From positions 53,010,001 to 53,074,000 of the forward strand of contig CM059437.1 in assembly GCA_030390025.1 (NCBI GenBank): DNA of 64,000 bases, read 5' to 3'. The stretch's first letter is position 1. The number at the start of each line of letters is the position of its first letter. A model generated the notes under the pieces. It was not told the origin of the DNA. It saw nothing but the letters and a program-made list of their open reading frames with translations, and did no database searches. This document shows, in pieces, positions 23,228 to 34,375 of the stretch. The translations under genes were made by a program, and so were the position numbers. The stretch comes from Squalus acanthias. Taxonomy: Eukaryota.

Positions 23228-24802
23228 AGTAAATTGGATACAGAATCGTCAGAGCATATATAGATGGAAAAAAAAGCATGTGTACTTTACAATTGCAGAC
23301 CAATAAATTAAATCATCCTGACTATCTGCCGAGGTGTGATAAAGTTAATTAAGTCAGCCAGGAAGGTACCACATCAAAAGACATAGCAAGATACAACTGA
23401 GACAATGAGGTGAAGTCGCAGGGGTTCTAACGTGTCAAAAGCTGCCGTCTGTATGTAAAACGAAAAGCTTTAAAAAAAAAAAAAAAAAAATTTACTTTTT
23501 TACTGGGAAAATTTTTACTTTTTTACTGGGAATCACATCTGTGAACAAGCTAACGACGACTCGAGTCCGGATCACGTCATGTATCGTGACATAAACCCAA
23601 GATCCCGATTGAGACCGTCTTCATGAGTGCAGAACTTGGCTATCAGTTTCTGCTCGATGATTTTGCGTTGTCGTGTGTTTCTAAGGTTGCCTTGGAGAAC
23701 GCTTACCCGCAGATCCGAGGCTGAATGTCCTTGACTGCTGAAGTGTTCCCCGACTGGGAGGTAACAATCCTGCCTGGTGATTGTTGCGCGGTGCTCGTTC
23801 ATACGTTGTCTCAGTGTCTGCATGGTCTCGCCGATGTACCATGCCGCGGTGCATTCTTTCCTGCAACGTATGAGGTAGACAACGTTGGCCGAGTCACATG
23901 AGTATGTACCATGTACCTGGTGGGTAGTGTCCTCACGTGTGATGGTGGTATCTGTGTTGATGATCTGGCATGTCTTGCAGAGTTTGCCATGGCAGGGTTG
24001 TGTGGTGTCGTGGTGACCACGACACCACACAACCCTGCCATGGCAAACTCTGCAAGACATGCCAGATCATCAACACAGATACCACCATCACACGTGAGGA
24101 CACTACCCACCAGGTACATGGTACATACTCATGTGACTCGGCCAACGTTGTCTACCTCATACGTTGCAGGAAAGAATGCACCGCGGCATGGTACATCGGC
24201 GAGACCATGCAGACACTGAGACAACGTATGAACGAGCACCGCGCAACAATCGCCAGGCAGGATTGTTACCTCCCAGTCGGGGAACACTTCAGCAGTCAAG
24301 GACATTCAGCCTCGGATCTGCGGGTAAGCGTTCTCCAAGGCAACCTTAGAAACACACGACAACGCAAAATCATCGAGCAGAAACTGATAGCCAAGTTCTG
24401 CACTCATGAAGACGGTCTCAATCGGGATCTTGGGTTTATGTCACGATACATGACGTGATCCGGACTCGAGTCGTCGTTAGCTTGTTCACAGATGTGATTC
24501 CCAGTAAAAAAGTAAAAATTTTCCCAGTAAAAAAGTAAATTTTTTTTTTTTTTTTTTTAAAGCTTTTCGTTTTACATACAGACGGCAGCTTTTGACACGT
24601 TAGAACCCCTGCGACTTCACCTCATTGTCTCAGTTGTATCTTGCTATGTCTTTTGATGTGGTACCTTCCTGGCTGACTTAATTAACTTTATCACACCTCG
24701 GCAGATAGTCAGGATGATTTAATTTATTGGTCTGCAATTGTAAAGTACACATGCTTTTTTTTCCATCTATATATGCTCTGACGATTCTGTATCCAATTTA
24801 CT

Positions 24803-24840
24803 TCACCTGAGGAAGGAGCGATAGTTCCGAAAGCTTGTGA
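24803..24840 (+). ncRNA. Minimal type I hammerhead ribozyme motif
   Basis: UCAC-CUGAGGA-A-GGAGC-GAUA-GUUCC-GAAA-GCU-U-GUGA: stem I UCAC/GUGA, CUGAnGA and GAAA boxes, 5-bp stem II, palindromic AGCU in place of stem III. Confidence 0.8.
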
Positions 24841-25493
24841 TTTCAAATAAAACTGTTGGACTATAACCTGGTGTTGTGCGACCTCTCAATTCTGGAGAGG
24901 TCCCAGCGGATTGGAAAACCGCAAATGTAATGCTTCTATTCAAGAAAGGAGGGAGGCAAAAAACAGGAAACTATAGGCCAGTTAGCCTAACATCTGTCAT
25001 TGGAAAAAAGCTGCAATCCATTATTAAGGAAGTAACAGCAGGACATTTAGAAAATCATAATACAATCAAGCAGAGTCAACATGGTTTATGAAAGGGAAAT
25101 CGTGTTTGACAAATTTACTAGAGTTCTTTGAGGATGTAACGAGCAGCGTGGATAAAGGGGTTCCAGTAGATGTAGTGTATTTGGATTTCCAGAAACCATT
25201 TGATAAAGTGCCACATAAAAGGTTACTGCACAAGATAAGAGCTCACGGGGTTGGGGTAATATATTAGCATGGATAGAGAATTGGCTAACTAACAGAAAAC
25301 AAAGAGTCAGGATAAATGGGTCATTTTCCGGGTGGCAAACTGTAACTAGTGGGGTGCCAGAGGGATCAGTGCTGGAGCCTCAACTATTTACAATCTATAT
25401 TAATGACTTTGAAGAAGGGACCGTGTGTACTGTCAACAAATTTGCTTATGATAGAAAGACAGGTGGGAAAGCAAGTTCTGAGGAGGACACAAA

Positions 25494-26344
25494 GGGGGGA
25501 ATTTTGCCGGCGCTCAGTGGGCAAGTTTGGAGGTCGGACGGCTGGCAAAATTACAAAGATTGAAAGCGGGTCCCGAACCCACTGTCAACCCGCCTCCATA
25601 CAATCTTCCCAAGTGTCGGGTCCCCGATTTGCACAGGGACCCGCCACCTAGGGGCGAGAAGAGGATTATAGGCACTTAACTGTCTGTTAACAGGTAGTTA
25701 ACAGGCAGTTAAGAGGCTTTTTTTCAATTTTGCCAGATCGACTGCGGGCTTCCCGACGTCCAGATACCACGCCAGGGTAAGTGTGGCGTGCTGTGGGTCT
25801 ACTGTAAGGTTTGTGCATTGATGACAGAAGTGGTGTGAAGGATCCAATGGTATACTGGTGAGTTTCAGAGGTAAGAAAATGTTGGGGAAATCATTTTTAA
25901 TCTATTTAGACTTTTCTGTAGGTGATAAGGTTTGAAGTATTTGTGTAGTCCCACCTCTTTGGGAGAACTTCTCTCACCAGTGACAGATCGCTTCTGTAAA
26001 CTCACCTGCAGCTGCCATCTGTTTTATCCTAAGGAGAGAGTCTCTGGAGAGCCTGTCTGCAAGGGATCACCTTTGTACAGTGAATGGCAGTGTTTACAGC
26101 ACCTCAATGCTGTCCAACACTGAAAAATCATCTGTCAAAAAAATGAGCATGTCCCCTTTAAGAAAACCGGCAGATGACGCGTCATCAACTGACGTCATCT
26201 GACACCGGCTTTCTCTGAATTGGCCGGCAAGCCCGCCGGGCGGGCTTAACAAGGCCAATTGCGTCGGGCGTCGTTGGGGCGGGATCGGAACCCGCAAGTC
26301 AGCTGACCCACTCCCAACTCGCAATGAAAGGTAAGATCGCGCCC
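25494..26344. mobile_element. Harbinger-type MITE inside CR1
   Basis: TSD AAA/AAA; imperfect TIRs GGGGGGAATTTTGCC / GGGCGCGATCTTACC. Removing it restores the CR1 frame. Confidence 0.8.
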
Positions 26345-28469
26345 AAAGAGTCTGCAAAGGGATGTAGATTGATTAAGTGAGTGGGCAAAAATTTGGCAGA
26401 TGGAGTATAATGTGGGAAAATGTGAGGTTATCCACTTTGGTAGGAAAAATAAAAAAGCAAATTATTATTTAAATGGAGAGAGACTTCACAATGCTGCGGT
26501 ACAGAAGGATCTTGGGGTCCTCGTAGATGAAATACAAAGAGTTAGCATGCAGGTACAGCAAGTAATTAGGAAGGCAAATGGAATGTTGGCCTTTACTGCA
26601 AGGGGGATGGTATATAAAAGTTGGGAAGTCTTGCTACAACGGTACAGGGCGCTGGTGAGACCACACCTGGAGTACTGCGTGCAGATTTGGTCTCCTAATT
26701 TAAGGAGAGATATACTTGCATTGGATGCAGTTCAGGGAATGTTCACTAGGTTAATTCCTGAGATAAAGGGGTTGTCTTATGAAGAAAGGTTGAGCAGGTT
26801 GGGCCTATACTCATTGGAGTTTAGAAGAATGAGAGGTGATCTTCTTGAAACATATAAGTTTCTGAGGGGGCTTGAAAGGGTAAATGCAGGGAGGATGTTT
26901 CCCCTCGTGGGGGAATCTAGAACTAGGGGGCACACTTTCAGGATAAGGGGTCGCCCATTCAAAACTGAGATGAGGAGGAATTTCTTCTCTCAGATGGTCG
27001 TGAATCTTTGGAATTCTCCACCCCAGCGAGCTGCGGAGGCGGTGTCATTGAATATATTCAAGGCGGAGATAGACATATATTTGAGCTACAGGGGAGTCAA
27101 GGGTTATGGTGAGCGGCCGGGAAAGTAGAGTTGAGGCCAAGATCAGATCAGCCATGATATTATTGAATGGCGGGGCAGGCCCGAGGGGCCGAATGGCCTA
27201 TTCCTGCTCTTCCTTCTTATGTTCTTATATAATATCGCTGTTAAATACCCCATTAAAAGTTAGACCTTGTTGGATTAGGTTAACTGGGGTTTTAAAATCA
27301 TATTGACTTCTAAACATACATTATGGCCCATAAAAAGCTTTTCCTCCATTATATTAAAAATTACAACTTTTAAGATACTTCAAAAAAATTATATTTTTTA
27401 ATGCTTGTTGATATTTATTTCAGGTTTAACTTTTCCAATGTGAGAGCCCCAATCTTTGCTTTACACGCTGTAACATTTTTAAATAGTCAGGATAAAAGGA
27501 GCTTCTTCACTTCCTGGTTCCCTGTCTGTGAGAATTCTGCCTTGTGAGTGGCTGCTTAGAGAGCTTGTTGACGTCACAGCAGGTGGGGTTAGGAATTCCC
27601 CACTATACTGCAATGATCTCAATTGCAAGCCGAAAAACCCAAACTTCTCGCAACAGAGATTGCGTGATCTTTGTGAGCAGCTTTCTTCGGGGCCAATGCC
27701 GAATGACTTTGCTTCACCGCTGACCACAAATTATGGGACAGATTTTTTTTTAACGTGTAAGAAGTCTCCAACAATAATTAAATTCTGAAGGAATTAGATG
27801 TCACACTTGTAAAATTTAATTTTCAATGCTAGGGAGGTTGTTTCGCAGTATCACACCATTAAAAAAAACCTCATAAATGAATGCACCAGTCCTAACATTT
27901 TCTGGCGTGCTTAGTGGGAAAGTGCAGCAACTTCACGCCCTCACATGGATTTCAATGCCGAGTCTATCGGCGAGGTACAGTTGTAGCAAAGCTTGAGGAG
28001 GAGCAGGGCACATTGGACAGCAACTGCCGGATTTCCACTTTTAATTGCGTTTTTGCGGACTCCAGAAGTTGCTGGCCAGTTTACTCCATAATAGCGGTGA
28101 GCGCTGTTAGCCTCACTGTTATTCTGAACACAAAATCCGGGCCATTGCGTATAAGCTGGACTTAAAGCATAGAATGTTACAACGTCACTCGCAGTGGGGC
28201 TGGACACACTCAGGTGATTGCAAGGCACATCGAGTTTGATCACCTTGTTAATGTTAATCAGTTTGTATCTCAATACCTTATGTACTATGTTATGACTGTT
28301 CCCTTTGTACCTTAACATATTTTCTTCTTGTATTGTAGCTTCTTTTATAACTGTAATAAACATATATACGTTGGACCAAAGCTAACTCTAGTCTTGGAGT
28401 ACCAAAGACCCAATCTAATATAAGTTTCACATAAGTGGCAGGTGTAAGAGGCCAGATTTAGGATCATAG

Positions 28470-30870
28470 CAGCATAGGAACAAAATAGGCCATTCAGCCC
28501 CTCCAGCCTGTTCTGTCATTCAGTGAGATCATGTCTGATCTGTAGCTTAACTCCATCCACTTGCCTTGGCTCAATATGGGGGCCAGAAATTCAGCTTTCA
28601 GGCTTCCTGCGGGTTCGAGCATCGCACGCGTACTTGCCTACCGCGCCTGCAGTTGTGCTTTGGGCCCACGAGGACTTCGGGTCCTGGGCCTCCTCCAGCT
28701 GCCGGCGCCCAGTGCTTGTGTATCCCAGGGGCGCAGTTAGTTCGAAGCGTCCCCTGTGATCACGTGGGCCATGGAGAGCCAATCCTAGCAGGGCATTTTC
28801 ATTCATAGATTTAACAGGAAAACCGATCAAATCTATGATTAGAGATCGGCCCCAAAATCACACTTAAACTTCAAATTTTTTTTAAAAAACATCACATTTT
28901 TAAAATAACTATCAGTTAAATAAATTAACTACTTAAAACAAAAATGTAAATTTTTGAAAAAATTATTTATACTTTTTAACGGTGCAAAAATAAACTTACC
29001 TTTCTTTATAGCATCTAAAAAAGATAAACCTGTTGAAAAAAAATTTAAATTGTAATTAATTAACCACTTACCTTGTTAAAAACAGGCCTTGCGCCTCCTT
29101 TTTAAAAGTGCAGCTTCTTCATACTTACCTTCCCGGAGAAACCTGAAAATAAACCTGAAGTTCGCTGCGTGCGCGCAGCCTCTCCCGCGCACGCGTTCGA
29201 CTTCTGAACACCTCCCTTCAGGGGAATGGAAGTTCCGGTTTCCCGCACATGCACAGTGCATGCAGGAAACCGGCACTTCAGGTGGCCTTACGGGTGAGTA
29301 CGCGCGTACTCACCCGACAACAGCCGAATTTAACCTTGTCTAGCAAAAATCTATTGAACTCCAATTTAAAATTATTAATTCAGCCAACACCTAATGCTTT
29401 TTGTTCGAGAGAGTTTCACACTTCTACCACCTTTGCGTGAAGAATTGTTTCCTAACTTCTCTCCTGAATGGCCTGGCTCTGTTTTTTAAGACTATCTTCC
29501 CTTGTCCCAGATTCCCACACAAGTGAAAAAACTTTTTCTCTACCTACCCTATTAATTCCTTTCAAAATCCTAAAACCTCAATCAAATCACCCCTGAACCT
29601 TTTATTTTCCCGGGAATACAAGCCTAATGTATGTAATCTCTCCTCATAATCTAACCCTTGCAGCCGTGGTAACATTCTGGAGTTTACGTGCTGCAATCCT
29701 TCCATGGTCAAAATTTGCAGGGCTACGGGGAAAGGGGTGGGGGAGTGGGATTGGTGAAGTGCTCTTGCAGAGAGCTGGCACGGGCTCGCCACATGGCCTC
29801 CTTCTGTGCTGTAACCATTCTATCATTCTATGATATCCGTCCTAAGGTGCGGTGCCAAGAAATGTCTACTACTTTAGATACTTCCTAAAATTTCTCTAAG
29901 TGCTGAATCTCGCTGTTCTTAATTATAGAGGCCAATAACTTCCCCACAACAGATGTTAGACTAACATGTCTTTAATTTCCATTTTTCTCTCTCATAATTT
30001 TTAAATAATGGAGTTACATTTGCAATTTTTCAATCTAAAGTGACAATTCTGGAATCGAGAGAGCTTTGGAGATTATGGCTAAAGCATCTGCAATTTCCTC
30101 CCTTTGAAACGTTTGGGTGGAATATATCAGGACCTATAATTTGTCAGTCTTTTGTGCTTTTATTTTTCCTAATACTGTTTTCTTGCTTATGTTAACTTTA
30201 GTGAGCTCCAGTCCATAATTCATTATTAATTGCCCTGTAATGCCAGCCATATTATTCTCTTCCAGTACGGTGAAGATAAGCCACAGTGCCCTTGCCTTGA
30301 CTACCTTTATTTTCTAAAATAATTGTAAAATCAATTTGTGTTAGTCTTGATATCCCACGCAAGTTTCTTTTTGCAATCCTTTTTGCAGCTGTTACTATCT
30401 TTTTTGTATCCATTTGCTGTTCCTTACATCTCTCCAAAATCCCCTGAATTTCACTATTCATTGCACATTTATATGCTCTTTCCTTCAGATTTATGTTATC
30501 TCTCACCTGTTTTGCGACCATGGCTGTTTTATTTGGTCAGTGGAGCTCTTTCCCCCTTGGGCAGTATATTGGACCTGTAGTAAGCTAAATTCATTGTGGA
30601 ACGCTTCCCACTGTTCATCTGTAGTTTGACCCGATAACAGTTTTGAACAGTTTGCTGTCGTCAATCTCTGTCTCAGCCCATAAAAGTTAGCCCTATCCAA
30701 ATGTAAAATCTGAGTCATTGTGTTAAGTCTCCCCTTCTCAAACCTAACATTGAATTCGATCATATTATGATCATTGTTAGATAAGTGTTCCCTTACTGTT
30801 AGATTATTAACTAATTCTGGTTCATTACTCATTACTAAATCTAGTATGGCCTGCTCTCTCAACATTAACC
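28470..30870 (-). mobile_element. Old CR1 LINE fragments (several pieces)
   Basis: EQAILDLVMSNEPELV..DHNMIEF endonuclease remnant, YEERLHTLGLYS and a CR1 3' UTR. Confidence 0.75.
28578..29335. mobile_element. Harbinger-type MITE
   Basis: Left end GGGGGCCAGAAATTC; internal similarity to 20279-21019 and (inverted) to 31879-32420. The right TIR is degenerate. Confidence 0.75.
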
Positions 30871-31318
30871 TTTCATACCTGCATCTCCCACAAAGCAACT
30901 TCAGCTTCAGTGGACCTCGGAACAATGATAACTCTTATGTAGTGTTTCATGTGCAGCTCAACATTCTCAAAATGCCATCACTTAATATTTGTCTCTCCTC
31001 CAGGGTCACCACATAAAGATCAAGAGCCCCTGATGGGAAAGGACGAAGACTCCTCAGAGGAACTAATACCTACTGAGGATGCACCGTCACGTGACACAAG
31101 TGTTGTCGGCACCAGCGCAGATACCAGTACCTTGGTTGGTCCTCACAGGCAGGTAGATTATACTGCACTTGATTACTCTTCTGGCACAAGTGAGCAAGAG
31201 CAGAGAACAGTGGAAGGGACACCTGGTGAGATTATGTGACAGACGTCGCCATCCTCTCGAAGGTCTGCTGATCAGGACAGCGATGCAGAACCCTTCAGGC
31301 CAGCACTGAAAAGGAGAA

Positions 31319-31745
31319 ATAACAACAGAAAACGCTGGAAAAACTCAGCAGGCCAGGCAGCATCCGTGGAGAGAAAAACAGAGTTAACGTTTCAGGTCGA
31401 AGACCTTTCGTCAGAACTGGAAAAAAGCAGGAAAGGGAATAGATTTAAAGCAAGTATAATGCTGGGAAAAGGAGGAGGGGATGAAAGAACAAAAGGCAAG
31501 GTCAGTGGTGGGATAGAATGCAGGAGAGATTAAGAGACATAAAGAGATGATCAAGGCAAGAGGAGGTGGTAATGTGACAGGTAGAGGCTAGATGAAGTGT
31601 GAACTGGGCTGGCAAAATGAAGGACAGCTGCAAGCTTCTGGGATGGGGAAAAAAATGCCAAACAAAAGGGTGGATGAAAAAATAAAATTAAAAAAATATA
31701 TATATGTGATAGGGGCCAAGGTTATGATCTGAAATTGTTGAACTC
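31319..31745 (-). mobile_element. Penelope-like family B 3' fragment
   Basis: 10-bp TSD AAAAGGAGAA (31309-31318 / 31746-31755). Inverted homolog of 38911-39333; contains a hammerhead motif. Confidence 0.8.
31382..31418 (-). ncRNA. Minimal type I hammerhead ribozyme motif (family B)
   Basis: AGUU-CUGACGA-A-AGGUC-UUC-GACCU-GAAA-CGU-U-AACU: perfect stems I and II, palindromic ACGU. Confidence 0.8.
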
Positions 31746-32423
31746 AAAAGGAGAATTCTGGAGGCACGGCAGCATCTGTCTAAGATATTGGAAGGCCTGC
31801 CAGGCACACTGTCCACTGTGGCAGAGAAGATGGAGCAGTCGAATTCGAACACATGTGGAGCGATGTCGCGGAGCTTATGGGGCAGAAATTCGGGTCTCTA
31901 CGGGTGAGTACGCACTGCGTAATCACCCGTAGGCCCAACGAAAGTGCCGGTTTCTTGCATGCACTGCGCATGCGCGGGAAACTGGCACTTCCGTTCCCCT
32001 GAAGGAAGGGGTTCAGAGGTCGAATGCACATGCCGAAGGGCCAGCGTGTTCGCCTCGCACTTCGGTTTTTTTTACAGGTTCCTCCGTGAGGGTAAGCACG
32101 GAGAAGATGCACATTGAAAAAGGAGGCACAAGGCTTTCTTTTAAAAAGGTAAGTGTTGATTTTATTAAAATTTTAACATTATTTTCACAGATTTTCCTTT
32201 TTTAATTACTTTAAAGAAAGGTAAGTTTAGTTTTAGCCCCGTTAAAAAGTGAAATTTAATTTTTTCAAAAATTTAAATTTTTGTTTAAAATAGTTAATTC
32301 ATGTAATTTATAGTTATTTTAAAAATGTGATGCTTTTTTTAAATTTATTTGTAGTTTTAGGGATGTTTTGGGGCCGATCTGTATTCATAGATTTGACAGG
32401 TCTTTCCTGTCAAATCTATGAAT

Positions 32424-34092
32424 ATGAGAAGTCGCACAACACCAGGTTATACTCCAACAGTTTTATTTGAAATCACAAGCTTTCGGAGTGCTGCTCCTTC
32501 GTCAGGTGAAGTGAAGAGATGTATATAGGCACAGCATATATAGTCAGAGAACACTGCCAGATGATTACAGTTAATCTTTCTAACTGCCCTTTATCACACC
32601 TCGGCAGAGAGATAATCACGGCAATCAAAGGTGTGGATGGTGTCCAAACAGGTCAGTCAGGAAAACATTACATCGAAGACAATGAGGTGGGGTCACAAGG
32701 GGTCAAATGTGGCAGATGCTGGGGTCTGTATGGAAAACAACATTCTTTTTTTGCTGCAAATCACAGCAGGTCCGGCCGCATCTGTGTAGAGAGAACAAGC
32801 CAACGACGACTCGAGTCTGGGTGACTCTATGTCAGGTGGGGTTACATGTAGCGTGACATGAACCCAGGATCCCGGTTGAGGCAGTCCTCATGTGTGCAGA
32901 ACTTGGCTATCAGTTTCTGCTCGATGATTTTGCGTTGTCGTGTGTCTCGAAGGCCGCCTTGTAGAACGCTTACCCGAAGATCGGCGGCTGAATGTCCTTG
33001 ACTGCTGAAGTGTTCCCCGACTGGGAGGGAATACTCCTGCCTGGCGATTGTTGCGCGGTGTCTGTTCATACGTTGTTGCAGTGTCTGCATGGTCTCGCCG
33101 ATGTACCATGCTCCGGGGCATCCTTTCCTGCAATGTATGAGGGAGACAACGTTGGCCGAGTCACATGAGTTTGTTCCATGTACCTGGTGGGTGGTGTCCT
33201 CACATGTGATGATGGTATCTGTGTTGAGGATCTGGCATGTCTTGCAGAGGTTGCCGTGGCAGGGTTGTGTGGTGTCGTGGTCGCTGTTCTCCTGAAAGAT
33301 GGGTAATTTGCTGTGAACGATGGTCTGTTTGAGGTTAGGCGGCTGTTTGAAGGCGAGTAGTGGAGGCGTGGGGATGGCCTTAGCGAGGTGTTCGTCATCA
33401 TCGATGACATGCTGAAGGCTGCGAAGAACATAGCGTAGTTTCTCCGCTCCACTGAAGTACTGGAAGACGTAGGGTACTCTGTTGGTTGTGTCCCGTGCAA
33501 CAATCGCCAGGCAGGAGTGTTCCCTCCCAGTTGGGGAACACTTCAGCAGTCAAGGACATTCAGCCTCCGATCTTCGGGTAAGCGTTCTCCAAGGCGGCCT
33601 TCGATAACATCAACAAGTTACATCCCACCATCAAACTCACCATGGACTACTCCTCAGAATTGGTTTCATTCTTGGACACACGAATCTGCATCAAAGATGG
33701 ACACTTCAGCACTTCACTCTACCGCAAGCCCACGGACAACGTCACGATGCTCCAATTCTCCAGCTTCCAGCCTAACCACGTTAAAGAAGCCATCCCCTAT
33801 GGACAACCCTGCGAATACACAGGATCTGCTCAGACGAGGAGGAACGTGATGGACACCTACAGACGCTGAAAGACGTCCTCGTAAGAATGGGATATGAAGC
33901 TCGACTCGTCAATCGACAGTTCCGACGGGCCACGGCAAAAAATCACATAGACCTCCTCAGAAGACGAACACGGGACACAACCAACAGAGTACCCTACGTC
34001 GTCCAGTACTTCCCCAGAGCGGAGAAACTACGCCATGTTCTTCGCAGCCTTCAACATGTCATCGATGACGATGAACACCTCGCTAAGGCCAC
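32424..34092. mobile_element. Rearranged Penelope-like element (family A)
   Basis: - strand terminal repeat and GIY-YIG region at 32424-33496, then a + strand GIY-YIG piece (33497-33604) and RT C-terminus (33605-34092; VSFLDTRI..LYRKPTD). Confidence 0.88.
32473..32509 (-). ncRNA. Minimal hammerhead ribozyme motif (family A)
   Basis: UCAC-CUGACGA-A-GGAG-CAGCA-CUCC-GAAA-GCU-U-GUGA. Confidence 0.78.
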
Positions 34093-34375
34093 GCGTAGGG
34101 GAGTCACGCCCTCAAAAGTTGTATTTGCATAGGCCACGCCCCCGGTTTATTTCAACACTTCAGAAGCATTCGAAACTGAAAGTAGCTGGCAAACTGCCTG
34201 GTAAGTTGTTTCTTTATAGTTTTTTGAATCTTTTGCAAACTTTTAGAAACTTTTAAAGACTTTTACATGGATTTGAAGAATCTTAAATAGTTTGAAAGTG
34301 ATTTGAAGCAATTTAAAGAGTTTTAAAAGCACTGAAAACATTTTTTCATTCATTTTAATTAATCAGCAAAGTGAA

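Larger units (their letters stand above)
23101..24891. mobile_element. Penelope-like element (family A) inserted as a 1753-bp palindrome; 5'-truncated GIY-YIG endonuclease on both strands
   Basis: Arms 23139-24014 and 24016-24891 with a 1-nt spacer. Mirror ORFs 23572-24060(-) and 23970-24458(+) contain NVVYLIRC..YIGET..LRQRMNEHR. Unpaired 38-nt tail at 23101-23138. TSD ATTCTGGAGAGGTC at 23087-23100 and 24889-24902. Confidence 0.95.
22808..27228 (+). mobile_element. CR1 LINE (5'-truncated ORF2), interrupted by the Penelope palindrome and a MITE
   Basis: RT motifs are continuous across both insertions (SLDSGE|VPADWKTANV; EEDTK|SLQRD). ORF 26400-27128 and the CR1 3' UTR are present. Confidence 0.92.
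22543..28143. mobile_element. Harbinger-type non-autonomous element hosting nested insertions
   Basis: TIRs GGCCTGGAATTTG / GGCCCGGATTTTG, similar subterminal sequences and TSD ATT on both sides (22540-22542 / 28144-28146). Confidence 0.7.

Noticed and set aside
23811-24219. Identical 102-aa ORFs on both strands
   Set aside because: A by-product of the palindrome; they are alternative frames of the Penelope sequence.
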